Position numbers and translations under genes: made by a program | The notes under the pieces: generated by a model | Seen by the model: only the letters and a program-made list of their open reading frames with translations | What the model was told of the DNA's origin: nothing | The model's database searches: none | Source: Felis catus | Taxonomy: Eukaryota | Reading direction: 5' to 3' | DNA length: 64,000 nt | NCBI RefSeq assembly: GCF_018350175.1 | Contig: NC_058369.1 | Coordinates: 3,598,001 to 3,662,000 of the forward strand | In this document: one piece after another, positions 63,477 to 64,000 of the stretch | Numbering within the stretch: the first letter of the stretch is position 1 | How the letters are laid out: each line of letters begins with the position of its first letter

Positions 63477-64000
63477 GTGAGTGACACGCCGGGCCCTGCG
63501 GCTGTCCGGCCGGCGCCGTCTGGGTGAGGCCCTCGGTCTCTGCCACACGCTCACTCGGGGGACCGTCTCCGAGCCCCGGGCCCCGACAGTGGAGATTTCA
63601 AGTTGCCTTTCTCTCTCTTTTGTGCTGTTTGGAGTTTGGTGAATAGTTATAATCTCAAATGGGTCAAAGTCCGGACAGTACCGAAGGAATATTCTCCCTT
63701 TTTCCCTTGGTCACCCGTTTGTCCTTTCTGGAGACCTGTCTTCCTGTTACCTGCCAGGGATATTCTGCGCATAAGCAGGCGTAGACACGCACAGAAGCAA
63801 AGCGCACGTAGGGATGTACTCCGCATCAGGGCTCGGCAAACTGCAGTCCACAGACCAGATCCGGCCGTCTGCCTGTTTCGGCAAATAAAGTTTTATTGGC
63901 ACACAGCCACGCCCATCTCTTCAACGGTTATCTGTGGCTGCTTTGGTGTCACAAGGGCAGAGTTGATTAGTTGGGAAAGAGAGTGCGTGGCCTGCAAAGC

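Overview
Mammalian, almost certainly felid, genomic DNA: GC-rich and dense in CAN/SINEC_Fc-type tRNA-derived SINEs. It holds the conserved PLIN3-ARRDC5-UHRF1 block. PLIN3 is complete on the minus strand (non-coding exon 1 plus 7 coding exons, 444 aa, TATA/CCAAT/GC-box promoter near 21.1 kb, AATAAA at 2284-2289). ARRDC5 is complete on the minus strand (3 coding exons, 328 aa). The 5' part of UHRF1 lies on the plus strand: a CpG-island/E2F promoter with two candidate non-coding first exons, then 4 coding exons for the UBL and most of the tandem Tudor domain. All coding exons were read by hand with GT-AG sites and consistent phases. The rest is SINEs, old L1/L2/MIR, MaLR LTRs, hAT MITEs and microsatellites; repeat names are recognised from memory, not from a search. 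I found no clearly new gene system. The best leads are: old L1 3'-end copies that share GC-rich derived states; a perfect 40-bp inverted repeat in PLIN3 intron 2; a minisatellite built of NRF1 sites; three MER53 palindromes with miR-1302-like arms; a mirtron-like hairpin at a UHRF1 3' splice site; CRE-like sites and an out-of-frame upstream ATG at ARRDC5; and convergent CTCF motifs.
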